NCBI GenBank assembly: GCA_051531975.1
Contig: JAOPTT010000002.1
Location: 505,968 to 569,967 of the forward strand
Direction of reading: 5' to 3'
Source of the DNA: Spirochaetaceae bacterium
GTDB lineage: Bacteria; Spirochaetota; Spirochaetia; DSM-2461
Length of the DNA: 64,000 bases
This document shows, one piece after another, positions 10,572-21,455 of the stretch. The notes beneath the pieces are model-generated. The model worked only from the letters and a program-made list of their open reading frames with translations, did not search any database and was not told where the DNA came from. Position 1 is the stretch's first letter, and every line of letters starts with the position of its first letter. Both the position numbers and the translations under genes were made by a program.

Positions 10572-13500
10572 GCAACCCTTCCATTATATTCATTCATATA
10601 TTCTCTTACCACCATTGTGTTTATTCTTTTAGTTGAAGCTGCATCCAATGGTATATGCTGTTTGTTTTTAAATTGATCAATTACTAACCGCATCACCATT
10701 TTTTTTACGTAGTTCTCATTGTCTAATATTTTTGCTTTATGTAGTATCTGCTCATCGATCTCTTTTTTCAACCCATTAAGAGCTTCAAATAGCTTACTTT
10801 CACTATCTGTAAGTGGATCTTTTTCCATTAACCTTTTATGTAACCTAGCGTATTTCTCATCATTATCATATTTTGCCCTTAATAATTGGTTTTTCCTTTC
10901 TAATTCCTTACCTTTTGTATAGATCTTTTCTAAATCAGCAATATTACTTTCCATCTCTTCTTTTGTTACTTCAGTTAAATTCTTTTTTTTGAAAAGACGT
11001 TCAAGTTCTTCTTTTAATGATATAAATACAGGATCTCTTGGATCAAAATTCCCACCAAGAATCTCCCTTGTTTTTTGTAAAGTATTTTTTAAATTATCAG
11101 CTAGTACTAATTCTGACTCGTCAATTTTTGTAAATGCAAATATTACATCTTCAAGAGCTATGTTTAAAAGGTTTACTGTATCAACATTATTCTCTAAGGC
11201 TTCCTTTGCATTTATTATCATTAAATGGTTATTTGCTTCTCTGGATAAAGCTGTAAGTTTGTTAAAATCAAGTTTTGATAAAAGTTCATGTTTTCCAGAG
11301 AGACGTATGAGGTTATACAGACTCTTTGCATTATTTAGTGCTCTGGTAATTTTAAGTATTTCAGCACGATCCTGGATTTCAGTTATCTGCCTAGAAAATA
11401 TTTCAGCGTTTTGGGTATCGTAGTGGAATAATACATCTTTTATTTCTTGAATCTCTGTTTCAATTTCCTCAGGAGTTTTAAATAGATTTGAGTAGTGTTC
11501 CATCTCATTCCCCAACTCAGCTTGGAGTTCTTTAAAATAAGCCTTATTGGTTTTATCAAATTCTTTTTTAATATCTGCAAAATCTACAACATAGCCGTAT
11601 TTGAATTTATTATATGTTCTATTTACCCTTGTAAGTGCCTGTAATAAGTTATGGGATTTAATGACTCTCCCTAAATAGAGTTTTTTTAATCTTGGAGAAT
11701 CAAAACCGGTTAACAGCATATTAAATACAAAAAGCAGATCAATCTTACCAGATTTGAAATCATCAATATTGTCTTTCCGTTCTTTTTTAGTTCCAACATC
11801 ATGTAGAATCACTGCTGCTGTTTTAACTTTACTTTTTGTCCTTAAATTTAAACCATAACTTGGTAGTGTTTGTGCACCGACCTCTTGATAAAAATTACGA
11901 TTTAGAGCCGAATATTTACCATTAAATATTTTATAGAGTTCTTTTGCCTGTTCAGAGGAGTCACAAATAACCATTCCACCAATACTATTATCATTCATTG
12001 TTACTCTGGCGTGCTCAAAATCCTTAACAATATAATCCAGCATAGGTTCAACAAATTTATGGTGAGCATAAACTGCATTTTTGTCACTATTTCCTTTAAT
12101 TATTTCAATCTCTTCAAGAGCCTTTTGTAAAGTAATCTTGTAGCTTGTCTCTATCTCTTCACGGATTAATCGTAATGTATAACCATCAATTATTGATTTA
12201 TTATAGTAATATTTGTGTATATAATCCCCAAATATTGATTTTGAATTAAACTTCATGTCTTTATTTTTAATAGACTTAAGTAGCTGTTCTGAACTTAGAA
12301 TTAACGGGGTTCCAGTTAAACCTATTTTTATTGCATTTGTATCTGTTTGTTCCAAATTGGCTAGAAAACTTCCTTCGGGATTGTAACTTCTATGAACTTC
12401 ATCTAGAAAGAAAACTCTTTGAATATTTAACTGATAATCCCTATTTTGAATCACGTCTGGATCGTCTTTGAACTTTTGTATATTTACGACTGTAATTTCA
12501 GCCTTTCCTGAATCATTATGGATTGCTCCAACTGATTTAATATCCTTTGCAAAATCATCTCTGGAACTTATGTGGTGTACTGTCAAACCCCTACTTTTAA
12601 ATTCTCTAGATGCCTGTATTAATAAATCCAACCGGTCCACTACAAAATAGAACTTTGGAACTAAAGTTTTAGTTTTAAAATAGTTTGTAAGATATTTCAC
12701 ATTATAAAAAGCTAATGCTGTTTTTCCACTTCCTTGGGTATGCCAAATTATTCCTTTTTTTACACCTTTTTCAAGTTTTTTTTCAATTGCTTTTGTTGCA
12801 AAAAACTGCGGATAACGCATTATATGTTTTTGCAATCCTTTTTCACCTTTCACATAGGCAAAAGCATATTCTAAGATAAATGCTAATCTATCTTTTTGGA
12901 GAAGAGATGTACAAATCTTATTTGTGGGAGTATTCGGATTTTTATTAGTTTTAAATTCCGAAGAGTTTTTTATTCCTATTAAGTTATTATCTAATAAAAC
13001 TCTATTTTCTGTTTCATCATCAATATTTAAAAGGAGTGTATTTAAGTCAAACTCCTCTTCTTCCCTAAAGTAGTTAAACTTTGGTTCGTCATATGATGCA
13101 GAAGAATAGAAAGCACCTTCTAATGGTAGTGAAGAATTATCGTCATAATTCATATTATTAGAAAAAATCATCAATTGAGTTATATTTACAAACTTTCTAA
13201 AGTTCTTGTTTTTAAATCTAGTGACAATTCGCTTTTGCTCTGCTAAAATTCCGTTTTTATTGTTTGGTTTTTTAACCTCAATAAATATTAAGGGCATCCC
13301 ATTTATTAATAAAGTTATATCAGGACGAAATTCTTCATCATCTTTTTTATACGTTAGCTCAGTAACAACATGGAAAGAGTTATTATTAAAATTATCAAAA
13401 TCGATTAGACGTATACCTGATCTATTGATAATTTTTTCATAAAAAGCTTTACCAAGATCTTCGTTTTCTAAACTAAGAGATACTTTATCACAATGTTGCT

Positions 13501-13678
13501 GCAAATCAATTTCTGGAGTATTTAAATTAAGTCTTTTTATACTATCGAATAATATGTCAGTAAATATGTTTGTAGAATTATCCCAATTACTATCTTTTAG
13601 TGATAGGTAATTGTAACCAAGCCGTACAAGATGGAGAATTGTAGGTATTTTTACTCTTGCATCCTCGTTAAATTTCAT
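10568..13678 (-). CDS. hsdR: Type I R-M restriction subunit
   Basis: RPDITL...IEVKK nuclease motif, HTQGSGKT, DEVHRS, LTGTP, LLTGFD, QALTRVNR. Confidence 0.96.
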   Translation of the reverse strand: MKFNEDARVKIPTILHLVRLGYNYLSLKDSNWDNSTNIFTDILFDSIKRLNLNTPEIDLQQHCDKVSLSLENEDLGKAFYEKIINRSGIRLIDFDNFNNNSFHVVTELTYKKDDEEFRPDITLLINGMPLIFIEVKKPNNKNGILAEQKRIVTRFKNKNFRKFVNITQLMIFSNNMNYDDNSSLPLEGAFYSSASYDEPKFNYFREEEEFDLNTLLLNIDDETENRVLLDNNLIGIKNSSEFKTNKNPNTPTNKICTSLLQKDRLAFILEYAFAYVKGEKGLQKHIMRYPQFFATKAIEKKLEKGVKKGIIWHTQGSGKTALAFYNVKYLTNYFKTKTLVPKFYFVVDRLDLLIQASREFKSRGLTVHHISSRDDFAKDIKSVGAIHNDSGKAEITVVNIQKFKDDPDVIQNRDYQLNIQRVFFLDEVHRSYNPEGSFLANLEQTDTNAIKIGLTGTPLILSSEQLLKSIKNKDMKFNSKSIFGDYIHKYYYNKSIIDGYTLRLIREEIETSYKITLQKALEEIEIIKGNSDKNAVYAHHKFVEPMLDYIVKDFEHARVTMNDNSIGGMVICDSSEQAKELYKIFNGKYSALNRNFYQEVGAQTLPSYGLNLRTKSKVKTAAVILHDVGTKKERKDNIDDFKSGKIDLLFVFNMLLTGFDSPRLKKLYLGRVIKSHNLLQALTRVNRTYNKFKYGYVVDFADIKKEFDKTNKAYFKELQAELGNEMEHYSNLFKTPEEIETEIQEIKDVLFHYDTQNAEIFSRQITEIQDRAEILKITRALNNAKSLYNLIRLSGKHELLSKLDFNKLTALSREANNHLMIINAKEALENNVDTVNLLNIALEDVIFAFTKIDESELVLADNLKNTLQKTREILGGNFDPRDPVFISLKEELERLFKKKNLTEVTKEEMESNIADLEKIYTKGKELERKNQLLRAKYDNDEKYARLHKRLMEKDPLTDSESKLFEALNGLKKEIDEQILHKAKILDNENYVKKMVMRLVIDQFKNKQHIPLDAASTKRINTMVVREYMNEYNGRVA

Positions 13679-13903
13679 TGTGGTTTCCCTTGTAATATAT
13701 TTTTAACTCTCTATATAATAACAGAGAAATATGAGTATTCACATACATATTTGTAAATGGTTCAATTTAATAAACACAAATAAGATGGAAAATGTAATTC
13801 CTTTCAATAATATGTGAATATTTCTGCTTTGTTCTATCTTTTAGATAGTTTAACGACTCTTTTATCTATGGCAGTTACAAGTAATAGAACCTTATATATA
13901 ACT

Positions 13904-14299
13904 TTAAACTTTAGCAATATGATATTCAACTATGGGCATGTTATCACGAAAACTATATTTACTAAGTTCACTATTTATTTTTTTTACTGAGTAGTTTTTT
14001 TCTTCTATTTGTAATATATCTTCTAATTGATATGTCGTTATTAGAAACGGTTCTATTTGTATTGGACACATTCTTTTAGATTTTGTGTCTATGTTATTAT
14101 AACCACTATATTTAGCATAATGTTTTTTATCATCTTTTTCGAGATTACACTGTTTTATACCACAAAAGACACAGCTAATGCCATTTATACTATTACCATT
14201 TTGTTTAGTGAATTCTGCACCATTTAACGGCTTTAATAATAACAGACCTTCTTCATCCGGTCTTAATTCATAGTTTTCTTCTACTTTGATACTTTTCAT
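13904..14299 (-). CDS. Hypothetical protein (CxxC-containing)
   Basis: 131-aa ORF with GAGG RBS, 12 bp after the upstream gene. Confidence 0.6.
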   Translation of the reverse strand: MKSIKVEENYELRPDEEGLLLLKPLNGAEFTKQNGNSINGISCVFCGIKQCNLEKDDKKHYAKYSGYNNIDTKSKRMCPIQIEPFLITTYQLEDILQIEEKNYSVKKINSELSKYSFRDNMPIVEYHIAKV

Positions 14300-14311
14300 A
14301 AATCACCTCTT

Positions 14312-15037
14312 TTATATTTTTTTTAATGAATTAATCTTGAAAGACATAAGGTTGTTCCCTTGTATGCCAGTAATGATTTCATTCGAAAGATTTCTGACTT
14401 TATTATCCCACGATTTTTCGTAATCAATTTGTATATCCTTTCTATTTATTTTTAAATCAACAAAGGACAGACCAATCTTATTACCCGTAAGCTTTGCCAT
14501 AATGGATAGATTCTCAATATAATATTTTTTCATCTTGTCAGTAGTATTAAAACATAAATATAAGATTTCAATATTTTTAACATTTAAAGCACATGCAGAG
14601 GCAATTCTGTGGATCATTTGATAAGGAACATTTTGGATATCATTTAATGAAATATCTTGTCCTATATAACTACTGATATATTCTAACCAACCATCAAGGA
14701 TTTTTGTCCTATTCTCACTTCCATTATCCCATTTTCCAACAGTAATATATTTAGGTTCAGTTCTTTTTGCTTCAACTATAACCGATTTATTATTAGAAAT
14801 TACTAATAAATCAGAATATGAATAAGAACCTTTCCCATACTTAAATGGTGTTGCATACTCAAATGTTAAGCTTTCTATATATTCTAATTGAATAACTCTT
14901 TTGAACAATTCACTTTGATCTTTTATTAAAACAATTAATGGGATTGTAGACCGATATGGTGATTTAAACTCATTTAATGGAAAAGATTTAATAACTTCAT
15001 TCATAGTCTGACATTTATGTTTTTTGAAATATAACAC
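14312..15037 (-). CDS. Putative PD-(D/E)XK nuclease (DUF6946-like)
   Basis: FEY...SDLLV...IVEAK catalytic-like motif and YQMIHRIASA. Confidence 0.6.
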   Translation of the reverse strand: MLYFKKHKCQTMNEVIKSFPLNEFKSPYRSTIPLIVLIKDQSELFKRVIQLEYIESLTFEYATPFKYGKGSYSYSDLLVISNNKSVIVEAKRTEPKYITVGKWDNGSENRTKILDGWLEYISSYIGQDISLNDIQNVPYQMIHRIASACALNVKNIEILYLCFNTTDKMKKYYIENLSIMAKLTGNKIGLSFVDLKINRKDIQIDYEKSWDNKVRNLSNEIITGIQGNNLMSFKINSLKKI

Positions 15038-15095
15038 TTAACACATCCTTTAATTATTAAGTTTGTTCATAATAATTATTCCTTTTTTAGATACA

Positions 15096-16802
15096 CTATT
15101 TCACCAAGTCAATAAATAATGATGGTTTCCAGTTGTGAAGAATAATAAGTATTTTACGTGCCCTACTAACTGCTACATAAAATAAAGTTCTACCATTTTC
15201 TAATGAGTCTTCAGTTAATGTTTCCCAGTCCCAAGGGCTTCTACTAATGCATTTCTGATACGGAATTCTATTCTCATTAATACCGTTTAATATCACTGCA
15301 TCAAATTCTAATCCTTTAGATTTATGAATTGTATCACTAAATATTCCCTTTTTTCCCGTCAAAACCTTTAAATATTGCCCCACTTGCCATAGTTCTTTTT
15401 CTTCGTTTGGTATTAATTCTAAAATTTCTTCAAATACAGAGTGTTTTATATGAAATGCATCATTAAATATTTTTTGTATGGAAGATATTCCTTTAATCAA
15501 GGTAAAATCTTCCTTAACTGTTAGAAAGTTACTTATTAATAAGTTAGTTTTTTTTTCAAGACTCGATTTTGAATATTGAAGTCCATTCTCAAGTATATGC
15601 ATTTCTATATTTCTTTTTATACTTCTAATAGCTGAGATTTCTGGATTGAAATAACATCTAGCTAAAGATTTTAAGAGACTGAACGTTGAATTGCTTAAAT
15701 TTTTATGTGGCAATGCCCCAGAGCCAACAATGTTATATTCATGACGTAGAGATCGACTAATATTGGTCGCATCTCTCCAGCTAGTAGACAAAATAGCAAT
15801 TTCTGATAGTTCTATATTATATTTTTGTACAAGTCTATCAACAATGCGGTGCAATTTGTCGTCATGGTTGCCACGGTTTGTTTCAAAAAACTGAACTCCG
15901 ACTCCAAAATATTTATTTTCAGAACTATTTATAATCTCAGGATGATTTTCAAATAATTTTGAATATGTATTAACTATATGATCAGAAGATCGATAAGTTT
16001 CTATCAACTCTTCATTAACTGCATTAAAATCCTTTTTCGCCATTTCAAAAGAATCTTCGATTGCTCCTGCAAATGAGAAAATTCGTTGTTTTTCATCACC
16101 TACCATAAAAAAAGAACATGATCCAATGGCACTTATTTTTTTTAGGATTTCATACTGATAAATATTAGTATCTTGAAATTCATCAACAAGTATTTCATAA
16201 AATTTTGAAGATAAAGATTTGGTTACAAAGTTATTTTCATTACATATTTTATATGATCGATATAAGATTTCATTGAAATCAATAACTTTTAACATAGATA
16301 AATATTCATAGTAGATATCTGCAACAGTTTTAATATCAACCTCATGATTCCACTCTACATCACAATCTAATTCTCCATTTAATTTCTTTTTTATTTTACT
16401 TAATTCATCAAATATATTTTGACCATTATCATCGAGTCCCAGGTTATTGTAATTCTCGATAAACTCTTTTAATTGTTCATAACTAATAATCTTAGGATAA
16501 TCCCAATTATATATCCAGCTAAAAGGTCTAAGAATATATTCGAGACAAAAACTATGTATAGTTCCAATAAAAACTTCTTTTTCAGTAGCTAACCTAGAAG
16601 AAATTTCATCAGCACCAGCATTTGTATAAGTAATCAGAGCAATTGTTCTATTTCTTGGTGATTCATCAACTTTTTGTAATGCTCTAGAGACGAGAGTTTT
16701 AGTTTTTCCTGAACCAGGAGAGGCTGAAATTATCGAATTCCCTTTTAGATCAAAAACTGCAATTTTCTGTTTCTCATTTAACTTCATTGATTGTTTTCTC
16801 AA
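15096..16802 (-). CDS. gajB: UvrD-like SF1 helicase, GajB-like (likely start 16787)
   Basis: SPGSGKT, ITYTN, VDEFQD, VGDEKQRIF, TYRS, TIHKSKGLEFD, YVAVSRAR; overlaps OLD nuclease gene. Confidence 0.8.
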   Translation of the reverse strand: MRKQSMKLNEKQKIAVFDLKGNSIISASPGSGKTKTLVSRALQKVDESPRNRTIALITYTNAGADEISSRLATEKEVFIGTIHSFCLEYILRPFSWIYNWDYPKIISYEQLKEFIENYNNLGLDDNGQNIFDELSKIKKKLNGELDCDVEWNHEVDIKTVADIYYEYLSMLKVIDFNEILYRSYKICNENNFVTKSLSSKFYEILVDEFQDTNIYQYEILKKISAIGSCSFFMVGDEKQRIFSFAGAIEDSFEMAKKDFNAVNEELIETYRSSDHIVNTYSKLFENHPEIINSSENKYFGVGVQFFETNRGNHDDKLHRIVDRLVQKYNIELSEIAILSTSWRDATNISRSLRHEYNIVGSGALPHKNLSNSTFSLLKSLARCYFNPEISAIRSIKRNIEMHILENGLQYSKSSLEKKTNLLISNFLTVKEDFTLIKGISSIQKIFNDAFHIKHSVFEEILELIPNEEKELWQVGQYLKVLTGKKGIFSDTIHKSKGLEFDAVILNGINENRIPYQKCISRSPWDWETLTEDSLENGRTLFYVAVSRARKILIILHNWKPSLFIDLVK

Positions 16803-18525
16803 TTATGAATTTTAATGCCTCTGTTATATAGCTAGGTATAACAAAATCTTTATCAAGGTTAATTGCTAGCTCTTGAGCAAACCGACCTTTTTTTACAGTA
16901 CCATCAATCCTCTTTAAAAGTTCATCTTTCCAATTAGTAGATGTCTCCATTAAATTCTTAAATGATTTTGCATGATTTAAATTTTCAAAACATGTTTTTA
17001 AATATTGATTGTTTAAATCTTTATCAGGAAATAAATCAGTCTCAAGAGTATTAATGCCATCAAAAACTTTGACTCTATATGCAACTTCCAAAGACTTGGC
17101 ATTATTTACAGCTGTTGTTGATTCATCATCTTTATGTTCTTTTGAATCACCATCAATTATAACACATGCAAAGATCTCAAACCTATCATTCTGGAAGAGC
17201 TTCATAAATGGATCAAAATATCTACTGTGTATTGGAATAACAGATATATTATATTCAGTTAAATTTACATTAAATATATTTTTTGCAATAGCTGGAATTA
17301 GAAATTGTTCCGCAACTCCTTCAACAAAAATGACACCAGAAGAAAAGAATAGTTCAGATCTTGTAGCATCTATATATCTTTTTAAAAGTAATTGCTCCCT
17401 TTTTTCTTTTTTATCAACCAATGTTTCAATAAATGGAGAAAATGACTTTGTTATACTATCAAAATTTTTGTATATAATATTTAGATTTTTATAATCACAG
17501 TCACTAGCTATATGTGTAGAATGGGAAGACATGAATACTTGAGTATTTACTAAACCACTCAAGTTTGAAAATAAAATTTTTTGTAGTTGTGGATGCAGAT
17601 GGGCTTCAGGTTCCTCAATTAGAAGTAAATTTATTTCATTATTATCTTCTATATTAATTAACTTAGATAAAAACAGGCTTAAATATAAAAGATTTTTTTG
17701 TCCTAATCCAAGAACTTTTACAGGTATGTGTTTATCTGACTTTGGATTAAAAAATATTTTTAATTGACTCCAAACCTCATTTTCATTATTAGCTAAAAAA
17801 CCTAAACTTATTGGAAATGAAAAATGCTTACCAGCTATTTCATTATTCTTAGATTTTATTGTTTCTGAAATATCAGGAATAAAGCTCAATTTATTTAAGT
17901 TTTCTGTTGTATGATTAAGTACTGCTCTAACAATATCTACTTCTTTTTCAGATTTATCTCTCGTTTTACAATATTCACTAAGTAAAGATTTTGAACTACC
18001 GAATAAATCAGAATTTATATTTCTAAAGCCTGAAATATAAAATAAATTAATTCCTTCTATATCTCTAAAACTGATCCGACTTAACTTATGAAACGTTTCT
18101 AAATTAAACTCTTCACCTCCCCCATATAGTTGCCACACAAAATCTTTTAATTCTATTTTTTCAAATATTTCTTCAGTAGAAGACATCTTTGATTTATGGA
18201 TATATAAATAGGAAATTCTAACAGTATTATCAGAAGTTTTTAAAGCATGTAGATTTGGTATACTGGCTAAATTATCACCATATATAATAATACTTATTGA
18301 AATATATGAATCTAATGTTAGCTCCTGAAAATCATGAAAATCCTGTTCTTCTAAATTACGAGTATTATATGAAAGGTCTTTATCTAATAGTAGACGTATT
18401 GCCCAGTATAAATTACTTTTACCTATATTATTTTCACCAATAAGTGTCTGAAATCCTTTCGTAAAATCAATAGAAAAATTTGAAAAGTTTCTAAAATTAT
18501 TTATCTCAATTCTTTTTATATGCAT
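16774..18525 (-). CDS. gajA: OLD-family ABC-ATPase/TOPRIM nuclease, GajA-like
   Basis: NFRNF, GENNIGKS, IEEPEAHLHP, SSHS, TOPRIM FVEG.AE and DGD, KGRFAQ. Confidence 0.82.
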   Translation of the reverse strand: MHIKRIEINNFRNFSNFSIDFTKGFQTLIGENNIGKSNLYWAIRLLLDKDLSYNTRNLEEQDFHDFQELTLDSYISISIIIYGDNLASIPNLHALKTSDNTVRISYLYIHKSKMSSTEEIFEKIELKDFVWQLYGGGEEFNLETFHKLSRISFRDIEGINLFYISGFRNINSDLFGSSKSLLSEYCKTRDKSEKEVDIVRAVLNHTTENLNKLSFIPDISETIKSKNNEIAGKHFSFPISLGFLANNENEVWSQLKIFFNPKSDKHIPVKVLGLGQKNLLYLSLFLSKLINIEDNNEINLLLIEEPEAHLHPQLQKILFSNLSGLVNTQVFMSSHSTHIASDCDYKNLNIIYKNFDSITKSFSPFIETLVDKKEKREQLLLKRYIDATRSELFFSSGVIFVEGVAEQFLIPAIAKNIFNVNLTEYNISVIPIHSRYFDPFMKLFQNDRFEIFACVIIDGDSKEHKDDESTTAVNNAKSLEVAYRVKVFDGINTLETDLFPDKDLNNQYLKTCFENLNHAKSFKNLMETSTNWKDELLKRIDGTVKKGRFAQELAINLDKDFVIPSYITEALKFIIEKTINEVK

Positions 18526-18727
18526 TTTTCAACCTTAAATGAATTATTTTATACTAACAGAAAATTAATAAGGGTTACATTTAAATACTCTACGTTATAT
18601 CTCTGATAAAAAATGCATAACTGTCTAAAATGTAACTTTTATATAACCTTTCTATACGTAAAACTACTATTATTACTATGTAATATTATTTATTAGCAAA
18701 CAAAATAAAGCGTAGCTTTAAACCTTA

Positions 18728-18829
18728 CGTTAGGGATAAAGAGGGTTGCGCAGCAAAACTCACGTTAGTGAGGTCGAAGCAAAGCGAAGCCCAGGATAGC
18801 CCGACCTGTTCTTTGAACAGGAAACGCCC
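18728..18829 (-). ncRNA. Structured repeat copy 1, Flavo-1 RNA motif-like
   Basis: CGTTAGGGATA...TAGCCCGAC-hairpin-AACGCCC; GC-rich against AT-rich background; three copies in window; family match from recall. Confidence 0.65.
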
Positions 18830-18951
18830 AAAACACTATTTAATAACACCATAACCTAAATACAAAACCTACACTTCCAACAATTACACACCTATTTCAT
18901 CACCACGTTTTATCATTCCAACAACATCCCCAATCACAATATAATCCCCCA

Positions 18952-19600
18952 ACAGATAACAAAACATCTCAATTCTACAATAATAACTCTAAGCTACTAC
19001 AAGGTAGATATAGTAACACAACACCTAAGTACATTAATCTATTCCAGAGGTTCTTTAATGTTAGTTCTACTGTTCTAGATATAGGTTGTGGTTCTGGTCG
19101 TGATATTAATATACTGCTTAACCTTGGTTATGATACCTATGGTTTAGAACCTTCTAATAATATGATTAAAACTTCTGTTTCTTATTACAAAGATATTAAA
19201 GACAGAGTCTTTCTAGGAAGCCTTCCCTGTGGTTATCCACCTACTCTACCCTATGGTGTTATATCAGGTGATGAATCTAAGTACTGGGATAATATATTAG
19301 CTGCTGCAGTATTACAACACATACCAGATTCTAACCTGTTTGATTTCCTGTTCTCTATTTTTAATAGATTAAAAGTAGGTGGTAATCTGTTATTATCAGT
19401 TCCTACTAAATATCCCTTTGTTGTAGATAATAGGGATAGGTCTGGTAGGCTCTTTTATATAAGGTCTAAGGTTGATTATTTGCTTTTGTTGTAGAGAATA
19501 GGGTTTGTATTAATTCATGAGATGGTGGCTGATGATGTCTTAGGTAGGGATGAGACTGTTTGGACTACGTTGGTTCTTAAAAAGACGTTTGTTGGTGATA
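18952..19600 (+). pseudogene. Class I SAM-dependent methyltransferase pseudogene, copy 1
   Basis: Frame reads TDNKTSQFY...VLDIGCGSGRD...; no start codon; GAG>TAG nonsense at 19492 relative to copy 2. Confidence 0.8.
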
Positions 19601-19647
19601 AGAGTGCATAATATTCTTGATGATTTATAGTAAATTTATTTAATAAA

Positions 19648-20544
19648 TTACTTAAGGTTATTTATCTCGTCTAAACTTAAACCTGTAATTTTAGAAACAA
19701 AGTCGATTTCAGAACCAGCTTCTAATAATTTTTTAGCAGTGTCTATTTTACCTTCAAGTCTAGCGTCTTCACGACCTTCTTTACGACCTTCATCTCTAGC
19801 ATACTCAAGTGCTCCCCTGTCAGAAGCTAGATCTTCTAAGTATTTGTTATAGGCTCTTTGTTTTTGAGGTGTCATAGATATATAATCAAGTTTTTCACTC
19901 ATCTCTTTAATTCCTGGAGCTTTAAAGCCCTCTTTCACTTCATGGTTTTTAAAAGAGTAGATCCATTGATCTAAAATATCATCTACACGGTTATCAAAGA
20001 TACCCATTGATATGATAAAGTATTCTGGGAATATGTTAATCTGCTCTTCTCTATTAATATCATACCCAACTAAAAAGTTACTGTCTATATTTACCCGCTT
20101 ACTATTATGTAATCCTGTAAATTCTACTTTACCGTGATATACATAATCTGTATGTTTTGAATCATTGTTATTTGCTTCTACATCAAAATAAATTAGACTT
20201 ACAGAGTAGACTTTTTTTACATTAGAATAATCTTCACCAGATTTAATGTTATCTGTAATATCCTTGCTCGTACCATATAGAAGCCTCTTAAAGTAGTTTT
20301 TCTCTGGTGCATACTGAACTTCAATAATAACATGTTCACCTTTAGAATTAACAGCTATTAGATCTACACGGTTAAATTTCATATCTCTGCTTTCTTGATT
20401 ACTTTCACTCTCTAGAAGGCTTTCAATTACTATCTTTTCCCCTAATAGTGCAAATAAAAAGCCCTCTAGTACTACAAAGTTAGCTTTGTCCCTTAAAATA
20501 TACTTAATTGCCCAGTCAAAACTGACTATTTCTCTACTTCCCAT
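19648..20544 (-). CDS. Rpn-family recombination-promoting nuclease / putative transposase (PD-(D/E)XK)
   Basis: FDWAIK, RVDL...IIEVQ, C-terminal EGRKEGRE repeats and ITGLSLDEI. Confidence 0.9.
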   Translation of the reverse strand: MGSREIVSFDWAIKYILRDKANFVVLEGFLFALLGEKIVIESLLESESNQESRDMKFNRVDLIAVNSKGEHVIIEVQYAPEKNYFKRLLYGTSKDITDNIKSGEDYSNVKKVYSVSLIYFDVEANNNDSKHTDYVYHGKVEFTGLHNSKRVNIDSNFLVGYDINREEQINIFPEYFIISMGIFDNRVDDILDQWIYSFKNHEVKEGFKAPGIKEMSEKLDYISMTPQKQRAYNKYLEDLASDRGALEYARDEGRKEGREDARLEGKIDTAKKLLEAGSEIDFVSKITGLSLDEINNLK

Positions 20545-20620
20545 GTTATCTATATGGGTAGTATTTTATTAATACTTCAATTTTTTTTATTAACAAAATA
20601 AAGCGAAGCTTTAAACCTTA

Positions 20621-20721
20621 CGTTAGGGATAGAAAGGGTTGCGTAGCAAAACTCACTTTAGTGAGGTCGAAGCAAAGCGTAGCCCGGAATAGCCCGACCT
20701 GGGTTTACCCAGGTAACGCCC
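20621..20721 (-). ncRNA. Structured repeat copy 2, Flavo-1 RNA motif-like
   Basis: Near-copy of 18728-18829 with compensatory hairpin changes. Confidence 0.65.
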
Positions 20722-20804
20722 TAAAAATCTTCAACAAATATCCCACAAGCAAACGGATATCCTATCATTTCACTCCCCAACCCCACTCATGATATAATCC
20801 CCCA

Positions 20805-21455
20805 ACAGATAACAAAACATCTCAATTCTACAATAATAACTCTAAGCTACTACAAGGTAGATATAGTAACTCAACACCTAAGTACATTACTCTATTCCAA
20901 AGATTCTTTATTGTTAGTTCTACTGTAATAGACATAGGTTGTGGTTCTGGCCGGGATATTAATATACTGCTTAACCTTGGTTATGATACCTATGGTTTAG
21001 AACTATCTATTAATATGATTAAGACTTCTGTTAACCAGTACAAAAATATTAAAGATAGAGTCTTTCTAGGAAGCCTTCCCTTAGGTTATCCACCTACTCT
21101 ACCCTATGGTGTTTTATCAGGGGATAAATCTAAGTCTTGGGATAATGTATTAGCTGCTGCAGTATTACAGCACATACCAGATTCTAACCTGTTTGATTTC
21201 CTTCTCTCTATTTTTAATAGGTTAAAAGTAGGTGGTAATCTGTTATTATCTGTTCCTACTAAATATCCTTTTGTTGTAGATAATAGGGATAAGTCTGGTA
21301 GGCTCTTTTATATAAGATCTAAGGATGAGTATCTACTCTTATTAGAGAGAATAGGGTTTGTATTAATTCATGAGATGGTGGCTGATGATGTCTTGGGTCG
21401 GGATGATACTGTTTGGACTACATTAGTTCTTAACAAGAAGTTTGAAGTTATTTAA
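20805..21455 (+). pseudogene. Class I SAM-dependent methyltransferase, copy 2 (open frame, start codon missing)
   Basis: Open from ACA-GAT (20805) through VIDIGCGSGRD to stop at 21455; the listed ORF 21015-21455 lacks motif I. Confidence 0.75.

Noticed and set aside
19162..19494. 110-aa ORF as an intact gene
   Set aside because: Internal fragment of a methyltransferase lacking motif I and ending at a nonsense codon
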